Below are positions 49,830 through 61,104 of a stretch of 64,000 bases of DNA, in pieces. Below the pieces are notes generated by a model, which was not told the DNA's origin, ran no database searches, and worked only from the letters and a program-made list of their open reading frames with translations. Positions within the stretch are counted from its first letter, which is position 1. Each line of letters opens with the position of its first letter. Origin of the DNA: Heterodontus francisci. Lineage: Eukaryota. The DNA lies in NCBI RefSeq assembly GCF_036365525.1, contig NC_090407.1:18796234-18860233 (forward strand). The letters are read 5' to 3'. The translations under genes and the position numbers were made by a program.

Positions 49830-50314
49830 TCCCCCTTCCCCCTTCCCCCTTCCCCCATCCCAAACAGCAGACTCCACTAGCACCAAAACCTGGTCAACCA
49901 CTACCATAACTAGCAGGTTAGGGATCATTATGGGATGCATGGTTACCGGGGCAACCAGACGAGACGTCACAACTGGGCATGTGCGTTCCAATTTTTCTCT
50001 CCCCTCTTTCTGTCTCTTTTTTTGGATTATTTTCAGGCGGGGGGCTGAGGAGATTTTTTTTTGTTAGTGTGTGGCGGCCATTTTTCCACCTCACCCTGAC
50101 AAATCTGTCAATATAGTCACTCCATCCGGCTCCTGCCCTTTTTTTTAATCCAACAAGGACTTTCCCTCCCTGTCTTTTATTCATTTAAAAATCCTCTTTA
50201 TTTGCATTTCCTTCCTTTATATATATCTTTGCTTCTCAGGATTTTTTTAAATGTGAATTTTCTGTGCCCCTTCCCTCTGTCCCTCTTTTAAAGATATATT
50301 TAATTTAACATTCA
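49830..50314 (+). promoter_or_regulatory. CHD5: Probable CHD5 promoter / 5' UTR
   Basis: RFX X-box GTTACCGGGGCAAC 49942-49955, adjacent CRE-like GACGTCAC, NRF1-like GCATGTGCG, GC box GGCGGGGG near 50036, and YY1-type GCCATTTT 50077-50084. The region is TE-free. Confidence 0.6.
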
Positions 50315-50372
50315 ATGATGCCGGCATCTTTTGGCAATGAGGACGGGATGGAAAACGATGAGGGAGCCCCAG
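50315..50372 (+). CDS. CHD5: Probable CHD5 first coding exon (MMPASFGNEDGMENDEGAP+G, phase 1)
   Basis: ATG...CCAG|gtaggt strong donor. The acidic MENDE motif resembles the end of human CHD5 exon 1 (EEMENEDEMS, phase 1). CHD5 lies downstream of RPL22 on the same strand in human. No further CHD5 exon was found in the window. Confidence 0.65.
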
Positions 50373-50476
50373 GTAGGTGTTGATGAGGATCTCAATTATC
50401 ATTTTCATGCTTAAGTTGTCGGTACAAAAAGATGAGAACAATCAGGCAGCAACTCCTTTTATATATAAAGGAACAT

Positions 50477-50483
50477 ATGTATG

Positions 50484-50510
<27 letters not shown>
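50477..50510. repeat. (AT)n microsatellite
   Basis: Direct inspection. Confidence 0.9.
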
Positions 50511-50514
<4 letters not shown>

Positions 50515-51599
50515 TAACAGGATCTAAAGCCCAGCAGCGAATGCGGGCAACTTCAAGGTTTGGCCAGGCACAAGAGTGTCTGCAGAAAGTGTGTGACGAG
50601 GAGGAGGAGCGGGAGCCGGGGCCGCGGGAAGCCGCGATTCGGGGGCTTCTCCCCGGTTTATTTTGCAAGTTCTTTCCGGGTTCCTCTCCGCTCCCTTGCA
50701 GCCGTCGCCGGCACTTTGTGTTCGATGCTACTGATGGCGGGGGTCTGGAGCAAGAAAAGGGTCTGATGCATATTTATTACTAATGTTTGGTTTTAGTAAT
50801 CTTAGAAAATCCGTGTCTTTAAAACGCTTCCTAATGGGAAAGGCGGCTATTTAAAACAGTGCAATCAAATCATTTTATACAGTAACAAAAAAAAACAGGA
50901 AAATTAACCAAACCCTTCTAAATCCATATTTAGTAGCACTTGACATACATGGCTGAAAACGTTATAAATTGTGTATTTTAATTTTCCATCTATATTTTCT
51001 TAACTCATTTTGATTGATTTGCTGTATTATGTATCATGTTGACAGATCTTATCTGGACCTGTGCAGAAAACATTGTATTCATACCCAATGACATTTGAAT
51101 CAGTCCTGTAGTATACTAACCTGTGATCTTGTTTTCTTCCCCCGATAATTTTGAATTAACATTGTGTTAACTAGTTGCTACATTTTTGCACTGGATACCT
51201 GCAATATCTGAATACGGTATTGCATTTCTGCACGGTGTTTTTATAGCTTAGGATGCAAATCATTGATCCCAATAATGTTCTTAATATTTGTGACATTTCA
51301 TGTACAATACCTGTTATATTTACAGGATACATTTAAAAAAAGGGGAATTCAATACATCTCATTCATTTCTATATATAAAAAAGTAAATATTTTTTGAAGG
51401 AAGTTTTAATGCTAAACGTCACACGTTTGGTTACTAAGTATTGCATTGCATTTCTAGAGGAGTTTTTTTTCAAAGGGAAAAGTTCTGTAACTGAACATTA
51501 TAGGGTGAGTGAGAGTTTTGGGGCTGCACTGAATGATTTGTAGTCCCATCTGCTGCCTCTCTTCCTCTCCAATGATGAACAAATGTTATTCAAAGCAGG

Positions 51600-51745
51600 C
51601 CTATTATGACGTCACAAAGCCGGCCGCAACCTACCCTGCTGGCGGCCGGAGCCCCGCCCCCTCCTTTGCCTTCCCATTGGCTCGCCGACTAATGGCTGGC
51701 TTGGTGATAGGTCAGTCACAGATGGCTGACAAGTTAGGTTGAGCC
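51600..51745. promoter_or_regulatory. Promoter/enhancer-like motif cluster in the putative CHD5 intron 1
   Basis: CRE TGACGTCA 51607-51614, GC box CCCCGCCCC 51652-51660, ATTGG 51676-51680, and a local CpG cluster in an otherwise AT-rich intron. Confidence 0.55.
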
Positions 51746-52121
51746 GCGCTGACATGTAGCAATTATTTGTATCCAAAAAGACAAAAAAAGCTCTTTTGTT
51801 TCAGCTGTTCCACAGCCCAGGACTGCTACTGCTGCTCAAACCCACTGCATGTCATGAGGTGGTGCCAGACCTCTTTCAAAGTTTATTTTCTGCCCTCTGT
51901 CTCCTTTCCTCCACTGAAGGTGGTGACCTCTTGTAGCAGGGTCCAGCTATATTGGTGTCCCATGCCCTTTGGTACTTTACCCAAGTGGTTCTTCATGTCT
52001 GAATCTTGACAGTGTGATTTACATAGGTGTGTGCCCCTGCACACACACACGTGATTACACCCACCATAAACATGCCTCACATGCGCTCACACTTTCCTGC
52101 AGGACTTGATAATTTTTTTAA

Positions 52122-52370
52122 TTAAGAAAGACGTGCATTGATATAGCGCCACTCACAACCTTCTAAACAATCCTAAAGTGCAAAGAAGCACTTTTTGAAG
52201 TGTAGTCACTGCTGTAATGTTGGAAACGTGGCAGCGAATTGTGCGCAGCAAGGTCCCACAAAGAGCGATGCAATGATGACTAGATACTCTGCCTTTAATG
52301 ACGTTGGTTGAAGGATAAATATTGGTCAGGACACCAGGGAGATCTCCCTTGTTCTTCGTTGAAATACGAT
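52122..52370 (-). mobile_element. DeuSINE 3' fragment (a similar remnant lies at about 26860-27165)
   Basis: Reverse complement of the Deu-domain end and tail (GTTGGTTGAAGGATAAATATTGGTCAGGACACC). Confidence 0.7.
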
Positions 52371-52899
52371 GAAGGCTTTTTTATTCATGTAGTTGTTGGC
52401 CAGAATATATTGGTGTATCTCTGTAATCCCCTCCAGTTCCACAACCCTCAGATATCTGAACTCATCTAATTCTGGTCTCTTGAGGGTCCCCAATTTTAAT
52501 CAATCTACCATTGGCAGCGGCACCTTCAGCCTCCAAGGCCCTAAGCTCTGGAATTTCCTCCCGAAATGTCTCTGCCTCTCTACTCTTCCCTCTTTTAAAA
52601 AGTTCCTTAAAAATTACCTCTTTGACCAAGTTTCTGGCCATCTGCCCTAACATTGCCTTATGTGGCTCTGTTCCAGTTTTGCTTCATAAAGCTCCTGTGA
52701 AGCCCCTTGGGATTTTTTATTACATTAAAGGTGCAATATAAAAGTTGTTGTTGGCCTTCTTGACCCGCTGCCATGTTTGATCCGGCTGACTGGCTTGCGA
52801 GGGCATTTGAGAGTCAGTCATGTTGGTGTAGGACTGGAGTCACGTATCGGCCCAGAATGAGTAAGAACAGCAGATTTTCTTCCCTAAATGACATTAGTG

Positions 52900-53016
52900 G
52901 ACCAGAACTGGACACAGTTCTCATGGTGCAGTCTGACCAGAACTGGACACAGTTCTCATGGTGCAGTCTGACCAGAACTGGACACAGTACTCATGGTGCA
53001 GTCTGACCAGAACTGG
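52900..53016. repeat. 35-bp tandem repeat, about 3.3 copies (GACCAGAACTGGACACAGTTCTCATGGTGCAGTCT)
   Basis: Units start at 52900, 52935, 52970 and 53005. The sequence resembles the reverse strand of the CR1 LVRPHLEYCVQFWS segment. Confidence 0.9.
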
Positions 53017-53269
53017 CGGTGTGGTCTGACTGGAGCTCTGTACAGTTTGCCCATTATCTCTAATGCATACTCTCCTGTTTTGGCTCAGTAGCTCAACATC
53101 CTATAGGCTTCATTGGTTTGCTGCTCTACATTGGTTGGACGTGTTAATTGCCTTGGATTCCGAGCCCTCTTTCAACTTCATCCGTGACTCTTGTACTGCC
53201 ATTTGTGGAGTATGTGCGTTGCCTATTTCTCCTTCCTATCTGCAGTATTTTACACCAGTAAGAGAGCCA

Positions 53270-54262
53270 CATATCCAAGTACACAATGATAAAAAGATAG
53301 GCAGCATAGTAAGCAGTGTTGCTGGAAGCATAAAAATGCAAAGAGATATTAATAGATTAAGTGAATGGGCAAAGCTGTGGCAAATGAATTTTAATGTAGG
53401 CAAATGTGAGGTCATCCAGTTTGGACCAAGAAAGGACAGACAGGGTACTTCCTAAATGGTGAAAAGCCAGAAACAGTGGAGATTCAAAGAGACTTGGGGA
53501 TCCATGTAAGTATCACAGAATTGTTACAGTTGGCCCGTTGTGTCTGCACTGGCTCTTTGAAAGAGCCGTTTACCTCGTGCCACTTGCTGGCCTTGGACAG
53601 GTTCAGAAAATACCTTTGAGACTACTGGAATGTCGGCCTTTATGTCTAGAGGACTAGAATACACGGGGATAGAAATCGTGCTACAGCTATACAAAATCCT
53701 GGTTAGACCACACCTGGAGTACTCTGAGCAGTTCTGGGCACTACACCTTAGGAAGGCTATATTGGCCCTGGAGGAAGTGCAACGTAGATTTTCTAGAATG
53801 ATACCTGGAATCCAAAGGTTAATTTACGAGGCATGATGAGATAAACTAGGGTTGTATTCCCTGGAATTTAGAAAGTTAAGGGGTAATTAAAAGAAGTTTC
53901 CAAGATATTAAGTGGAACAGATAGAGTAGATAAAGAGAAACTATTTGCCTTGGTTGGGGCGTATAGGACCAGGGGACATAGCCTAAAAATTAGAGCCAGA
54001 CCTTCCAGGAGTGAAGTTGGGAAACATTTCTACACACAAAGGGTGGTAGAAGTTTGTAACTCTCTTTCACTAATAGCAATGAGGTCAGTTGTTAGTTTTT
54101 GTTATTCAATCTCAGATTTGAAATTAACAAAGGTATTGAGGGATATGGGGCAGAGGTGGGTATATGGAGTTAGATCACATAACAGCCACGATCTCATTGA
54201 ATGGCAGAACAGGCTCAAAGGGCTAAAAGGCCTACTCCTGTTCCTATGTTCCTATTTCTGTA
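53270..54262 (+). mobile_element. Decayed CR1 3' fragment
   Basis: WAKLWQMNFNVGKCEV, LYKILVRPHLEYSEQFW and FYTQRVVEV, with tail CTCCTGTTCCTATGTTCCTAT. Confidence 0.82.
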
Positions 54263-55394
54263 TTGTGTTTCGCTTGCTATATTTCTGTCTACATATATAT
54301 CTTTGGTCCGACTCACCCTGGATAATGATCAGAAGCAAGAACCTAATCCTAACCCAGGTCCGACTTTGTTTATTCCACTTTTGAGCTAATGGGCATCTCT
54401 TGTTTCCCTAACTGAGATCAGATAACTCTGTACACGCTGGGAATTTAACCTAATGTTTCCCCATTACTGCATCCACCTCTTTGCTAAATGATTCCAGGGT
54501 TTTCACCTCCACCGTTCTGACTGGAAGTCCATTCCAAGTGGTGATCACTTTCTACATGAAAATCCTCCTGATAGCCATCCTGAAGTTGCCCTTTACTAGT
54601 TTGAACTTGTGGCCCCTTGTCCAACTCCCACAGCTTAATTTAAAGTAGATGAACACTTTCCATACTATATACCTTATATGGTGCCATAAAGACATCTTGC
54701 ACACGTCCTTTCCAGACTGAAGAGCCTGTCTCTACTCATAACTCAGACCCCTGACACCAGGGAATCAACCTTGTAGCTCTGTTCTGCACTGTCTCCAGCG
54801 CTTAAATGCCTCTCGAGTTTCTTGGCCATCGGTGTTGGCCGAGACGCGAGAACGTTTAAAATCTCATCTGAGATATGGCAAGTGCGACAAGGCAACCCTC
54901 CCCCCTGTATGACTGAGGGAGCATCCGCCTAGATTATTTACTCCAGTCTTGAGTCCACAACTTGCTGACTCAGGTTCCCACCAGAGCATAGGAACTGTAG
55001 GAGGCTATTTCAGTCCCTCGAACCTGTTTCACTGTTCAGTTAGATCTGCACCTCAGATCCTGATAACATTTGTCGTCTAGAAATGCCTATGCGACTTCCT
55101 TGCCTGTACTCTGTGCCTTAGCCAGCAGGGAAGTTTTTAGTTAGCAACATAAATTCAAAGAAATTATTGTTATTTTTTGTTGTAAAGTTAGTAGCTCCTG
55201 TCTTGTGAATTTTGTGCTTATTGAGATGAGGGATGTTGATGCTGTCCAAAATAGCACAGGTCTCGGCTTCCATTCCTGCTCTGTGCTGATTCAGTTGATC
55301 TCAGTTAAGGCAGCATTTGGAGCACTCTGGATTGCCTCAGCACCCTTGGGCTAGGTAGAGGGAAATATCAGCCAGTTGCCATTTTGGATTGACA

Positions 55395-56005
55395 AAGGAA
55401 CATAATAAACAGGAGGAGGCCATTCAGCCCCTCGAACCTGCTCCATCGTTCAATTAGATCATGGATCATCTGCATCTCAACTCCATTTTTCTGCCTTTGC
55501 TCCCTATCTCTTGATATCCTTACCAAAACGAATCTATCAATCTCAGTCTTGAAAATTTCTATTGACCCTTAGTAACCAGATTTTTGGAGAAGCGAGTTCC
55601 AGTTTTCCGACACTGTGGGAAAACAGCTTCCTGATTTCACTCCTGAACAGTCTAGCCCTAATTTTAAGTCCTCTTGTTTTTGATTCACCTACCAGAGGAA
55701 CTAGTTTCTCCCTATCTACCCTGTTGAATCCTGTTATTTTTAACGCCTTGATCAGATTGCTCCTCATTCTTCAAAACTCAAGGGATTACAAGCCTATCTA
55801 TACAGCCTGTCCTCATATCATACCCTTCTAAGCCTGGAATCATTCTGGTGAATTTGCACTGCAGCCCCTCCAAGGCCAGTATATATTTGCTGAGGTGCAG
55901 TGCCCAAAACTGAACACAGTACTCCATCTGGGGTCTAACCAGAGCTGTATGCAACTGAGGCTTCATTGCTTCCCTTTTTGGTATTGTAGGTCCCTTGAGA
56001 TAAAG
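55395..56005 (-). mobile_element. Decayed CR1 3' fragment
   Basis: Minus ORFs ALVRPQMEYCVQFWA and GFNRVDREKLVPLVGESKTRG; tail near 55400. Confidence 0.8.
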
Positions 56006-57454
56006 GTTCTATAAGTGCTTTTTCTACCTGTCTACCTCAACCCCAGCAACCCCTGGTGGAAAGTGCGTGATAATGTTGGGTAAGGACAGGTGACATGGCT
56101 GTAATGCTGAACTGAATAACCTTCCAATAGTCTTACGCCTGGGCTCAGAGATGTATAGCATCCATTTGGGTGAGGTGCTGGAGGGCTTCTGTAGATGTCC
56201 AGGCCCCAGCAAATAAAGAAGTTGAGGAAGTAAGTCGGTTAATGATTTCCACTGATATCACTCCAGGGTGCAGTATGGCGCTGGGTCCCTCACTATGCTC
56301 CAAATATTATTATTCATATATTCAATATTTAAAGGCTCACTACACAGTGCAATTTTTTTTCTTCACTGCTTTGCCAATGCTCTCTCCTACTCTTTCCTCA
56401 GTATTTCTTAGATTCTTATGAATGTGTAGTTTTCTTGCTGAGGCAGTGCTGCTTGGCTGAGATCTGCTTACCCAACAACAACTTATACTTATCTAGCACT
56501 TTTAACATATTAAGATGTCCCAAGGTGCTTCACAGGAATGTAATCAGACAAGATTTGACACTGAGCCACAATAGGAGATAGGGTTGGTCATATAGGTAGA
56601 TTTTAAGGATTATCTTAAAGGAGGAGAGACACCGAGAGAGTGAAGAGGTTTTCAGAGGGAATTCCAGAGCTTGGGGCCGAGCCAGCTGAAGGCATTGCCA
56701 CCGATGATGATGCAGAGGGAGTGGGGGATGGACAAGAGGCCAGAGTTCTTGGAGGGTTATAGGGCTGGAAAGGGTTACAGAGATGGGGAGGGGCTGAGGC
56801 CATGGAGGGATTTGAAAATGAGGATGAAAATTTTACATTTGAGACGTTGCCTCAGTGGACAGAATGATGGAACCTGGAACCTCCTGGCTGATGTGGCTTA
56901 GTGCCATACCATGTAGTGTATGAACAGGAGCCAGGTTAAACACTGCTTTATGCTTCACTTACTGAGTTAAGAAGTTCCTTTGAATGCCTCTGAGCCTTTC
57001 TTTGGATTTGGCATGACGAGGTGCCCTCTCTGTTTAGTTAACATGCAAGTTCTGGCTCCAGACAAACAAAAAGTCGCAACACTTGTGAGGAGGTGTGACA
57101 GTTCGTGTTGCTTTTCCAGTTGTACTGAGAGCGAGGTGTGACTCTCTACTGAGTCTGTTTAGTCTTTTTTTCTCTCATAGATTGGAAGATATGCAATTAG
57201 CAACTCCCAACAACCGCACCCCCCCCCTCAATCTTTTTAATGAGTGCTTACTATTGCCTGAGCCAGGTGCAGGCAGAAGGGTGAACTTAGTGTTGTCATC
57301 GGCCTCCTCAAATGGTGTGATAAATTCAGATTTAACTCCCAACATCCGTTTGACTCTTAAATAAAAGCAAAATACTGCAGGTGCTGGAAATCTGAAACAC
57401 AAACAAGAAATGCTGGAAATACTCAGCAGGTCTGGCAGCATCTGGGGAGAGAGA

Positions 57455-57500
57455 AGCAGAGTTAATGTTTCAGATCCGTGACCCTTCATCAGAACTGGCA
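57455..57500 (-). ncRNA. Minimal hammerhead ribozyme motif (PLE type)
   Basis: The minus strand reads AGTT-CTGATGA-agggtcacggatct-GAAA-catt-AACT: canonical CUGAUGA/GAAA cores with stem I AGTT/AACT. Confidence 0.55.
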
Positions 57501-57569
57501 GATATTAGAAATGTAAAAGGTTTTAAGCCAGTAAAGTGGGGATGGGGCAAGAGATAACAAAAGAGAAGG

Positions 57570-57607
57570 GTTCCGAAGAAGGGTCACTGACCCGAAACGT
57601 TAACTCT
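57570..57607 (+). ncRNA. Minimal hammerhead ribozyme motif (PLE type)
   Basis: GTT-CCGAAGA-a-GGGTC-act-GACCC-GAAA-CGTT-AAC: CUGANGA-like core, perfect stem II, GAAA, and palindromic AACGTT in place of stem III. Confidence 0.6.
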
Positions 57608-57702
57608 GCTTCTCTTTCCACAGATGCTGCCAGACCTGCTGAGTGAATCCAGCATTTCTTGTTTTTGTTTCAGATTTCCAGCATCCGCAGTATTTTGCTT
57701 TT
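57570..57702 (+). mobile_element. 133-bp Penelope pLTR fragment inserted in the left arm
   Basis: Flanked by a 13-bp TSD ACAAAAGAGAAGG (57557-57569 and 57703-57715); homologous to the pLTR end. Confidence 0.82.
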
Positions 57703-58539
57703 ACAAAAGAGAAGGTGTTGATAGGACAAGATCACATAGAATAACTGACCAGAAGGTCATGGAACAAAGGCAAATGGTATGTTAATGGTGTGGTGAAAGA
57801 CAAAGCGTTAGTACAGAGAGGCATCTTCCCCTGCAATCGCAGGAGGTGTAATACCTGCCCATTTACCTCCTCTCTCCTCACTATCCAAGGCCCCAAACAC
57901 TCCTTTCAGGTGAAGCAGCGATTTACTTGTACTTCTTTAAATTTAGTATACTGTATTCGCTGCTCACAATGTGGTATCCTCTACATTAGTGAGACCAATC
58001 GCAGACTGGTTGACCACTTTGCAGAACACCTCCACTCAGTCCGAAAGCATGACCCCGAGCTTCCGGTTGCTGACCATTTCAACACTCCCCCCTGCTCACA
58101 TGCTCACATCTCTGTCCTGGGATTGCTGCAGTGTTCCAGTGAACATCAACGCAAGCTGGAGGAACAGCACCTAATTTACCGATTCGGCACACTACAGCCT
58201 GCCGGACTGAACATTGAGTTCAATAATTTCAGAGCATAACGGACCCCCTTTTTATTTTTATTTTTAGTTATTTTTTCTTTTTTATGTGTTTATTTTATTT
58301 TAGTTTGTTTCTACTGTGCCTACCCACTGTTTTTTCCATGTTTGTGCTTGGGGCCAGGCTGTTCAGTTTTCTGTCCATTAACACCCTCTCTGTACTAAAC
58401 TTTGTCTTTCACCACACCATTAACATACCATTTGCCTTTGTTCCATGACCTTCTGGTCAGTTATTCTCTGTGACCTTGTCCTATTAACACCTCTTTTCTT
58501 ATCTCTTGCCCCACCCCCACTTTACTTGCTTAAAACCTT

Positions 58540-58917
58540 TTAGAATTAGAACATTACAGCGCAGTACAGGCCCTTCGGCCCTCGATGTTGCGCCGACCTG
58601 TGAAACCATCTGACCTACACTATTCCATTTTCATCCATATGTCTATCCAATGACCACTTAAATGCCCTTAAAGTTGGAGAGTCTACCACTGCTGCAGGCA
58701 GGGCGTTCCACGCCCCTACTACTCTCTGAGTAAAGAAACTACCTCTGACATCTGTCCTATATCTATCACCCCTCAACTTAAAGCTATGTCCCCTCGTGTT
58801 TGCCATCACCATCCGAGGAAAAAGACTCTCACTATCCACCCTATCTAACCCTCTGATTATTTTATATGTCTCTATTAAGTCACCTCTCCTCCTCCTTCTC
58901 TCCAACGAAAACAACCT
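58540..58917 (-). mobile_element. Young CR1 3' fragment inserted in the PLE right arm
   Basis: Minus ORF LFSLERRRRRGDLIETYKIIRGLDRVDSESLFP...FFTQRVVGAWNALP, with tail toward 58540. Confidence 0.85.
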
Positions 58918-60034
58918 CTCTAATATCTGCCAGTTCTGATGAAGGGTCACTGACCTGAAAGAGATGCTGCCAGACCTGCTGAGTATTTCCAGCATTTCTT
59001 GTTTGTGTTTCCGTTTGACTCTTATCTATCTTTCTTTCATTTATTGTAAGTGTCTGCAGCTAGAGGAACTTTGGCTTGGAGTTGATGAGCTGGAGTCTGA
59101 GCTTTGGACGCTGTGATGCATCAGGGAGGGAGAAAGCTACCTGGACGCTTGGTTCCAGGAGACAGTCCACACTCCTTAGGTTAAGTACTTCAGATTTGGT
59201 CTGTGATCAGGGACAAGAGGGTATGACTGCAAGAGAGGCAGGCATGGGGATCAGGAAGGTAGCACTGGAGGAGCCCCAGCCCTTGCATGTTTCCAGTAGA
59301 TACGAGATTGTTCAGGCTGTGTGGACAAGAGCAGGGACTGCAGGGAGGATGTGCAAACTGACCAGATCACCATGATACAGGGGCCATTCAAGTTGGGAGA
59401 GTGAAAAGGAATGTAATAGTAGTAGGGAACAGTAGAGTTAGGGGGATAGATACTCCTCTCCGCAGCCGAGAGTGTGAGTCCCGAAGGCTGTGCTGCCTGC
59501 CCGGTTCATGGGTTAAGGACATCTCCTTGGGGCTGGAGAGGAACTTGGAGTGGAAGGGGAAGGATCCAGTTGTCATAGTTCACTTGAGTACCGATGACAT
59601 AGCTAGGACTAAGAAAGAGGTTTTGCTGAGGGAGTATGTGCAGCTAGGGGATAAATTAAAAAGCAGAACCATAAAGGTGGTGATCTCTGGATTGCTACCT
59701 GAGCCACGAGCAAATTGGCCATAGGGTAAATAACATCAGAGAGTTGAATCGCTGTGCGATAAATGAGTTTCAATTCATGGGGAACTGGCACCAGTACTGG
59801 GCAACGAGGGAGCTGTTCTGTTGGGACAGGCTGCACTTGAAGCACGCTGGGACCAGTGTCTTGGTGCATCCAATAACTAGGTCTGTAGATAAGGCTTTAA
59901 ACTAAATAATGAGGGGAAGGAGGAGTGTTCAGATGAGGGGAAATTTAGAAAGTTTGAGAAAAGACAAGGCAATAGTGCGGGGTAACAAAATGGATAATGA
60001 TAACCAGAGTGTGACAGGAAGGGACGGAGCGTAC

Positions 60035-60587
60035 TGTTTCGGACCGGTGGGAGGTAGTGTGGGTGACTTCCACTTTTCACCTCTCAACTGATTGCAAATA
60101 ATGTTTTAACACTAGTTTTTAATCCCTGAGTGTTTTAAGGGCAAATAAATAGACAAATAAGAGCTTTTCTCATAGCTTAAAAAAGAAAGATAAATATTTA
60201 TTTTTTACATAATCGAAAAATGTTCCCGACTTCCATTCACGCACACAAGAAAAGATAGAGTAGAAGGTAGCATGCAGTTGGAGTCCAGTTGTAAAAGAGT
60301 TTGTTGCTTTAGAAGCTTTTTAGGAGGAAATCTTTCAGTGGTGCAGGCCTGAATGTTCTTTGTCTTGAAAAGGATCACAGAAAAATATCACAGGCTCCTT
60401 GTGGTTAAGCCTCAATCCGAAGACGATGGTGGAAATCCTGGTTCACTGTCGCATATGAGGAATTCCAAAGTCACCTTGAAATCTCTCTGCTGCAGTAGTT
60501 AAAAAAGGTTATCAACCGGGCTCCTGCTTAGCTGGAACTGTCCCACTGCTGTTCTGGCTGGAAAAGACCTTCTCTGGCTCCCTCCAC

Positions 60588-60627
<40 letters not shown>

Positions 60628-61104
60628 GAGAGCTCCTTTTAAGGTAGAAACTTGTCAGGTTGGGGTTGGTCAGGTGACTAAGGGCTCTCTCCCCTGGGAT
60701 GATTCTTACAATGTTCCAGGATATGGGAACCATTGTTACATGATGGCATATGGATGTGGTCTATTCTGCTAAAGTGGTGCTATTTCATTCTATTATCTTA
60801 GTCTTGGCTGCGGAGTCAGTTTGTCTGTAAAAGTCTTTATTAGCTCTATTCCTGTAGATAGGAATTGTTCGCATGGAATGGACTGTTTTCCCCAAAGCTA
60901 ATTCAGACGTGGATAATGGCTTTCATCTTCAACAGACAAATATGTTTATTGGCAGTACAGGAGGGATCACTTGACTTCTACTCCGTCATGTCTGTGGCAC
61001 AAATATGTCCATCTTTTTGTAGTTCCGTTCAACAGTTGACTTTTATTTCATAATTCCTACAGTTCATTTCATGTTTCATCACTGTTCCCTCTGTAAGTGT
61101 GACA
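60035..61104. mobile_element. Solo LTR (TG...CA, 4-bp TSD GTAC) inserted in the CR1
   Basis: GTAC|TGTTTC...GTGACA|GTAC (TSDs 60031-60034 and 61105-61108). About 1.07 kb, non-coding, with an internal (CT)n tract; the CR1 resumes after it. Confidence 0.7.
60590..60625. repeat. (CT)n microsatellite
   Basis: Direct inspection. Confidence 0.9.

Larger units (their letters stand above)
57360..59009 (+). mobile_element. Penelope-like element, 5'-truncated: GIY-YIG endonuclease with inverted pseudo-LTRs
   Basis: ORF 57790..58239 CNRRRCNTC...FTCTSLNLVYCIRCSQCGILYISET...EH...HFN...GLN is a PLE GIY-YIG domain. 57360-57820 is an inverted copy of about 58385-59009. 15-bp TSD TCCGTTTGACTCTTA at 57345-57359 and 59010-59024. 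Confidence 0.9.

Noticed and set aside
50481-50783. ORFs across the GC-rich patch after the CHD5 first exon
   Set aside because: One begins in an (AT)n microsatellite. Neither shows homology or a convincing splice donor, so this is probably the CpG-island tail.
52900-53016. CRISPR-like 35-bp repeats with an internal hairpin
   Set aside because: The units are directly adjacent with no unique spacers, there are no cas genes, the context is vertebrate, and the sequence derives from CR1.
57150-57200. Strong acceptor-like tract (tttttctctcatag) as CHD5 exon 2
   Set aside because: In the required phase it reaches TAG after six codons and shows no resemblance to the acidic/lysine-rich CHD5 exon 2.
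59401-59724. SGNH esterase-like ORF as a host or domesticated gene
   Set aside because: It is the disrupted ORF1 of a CR1 element, colinear with a decayed ORF2.
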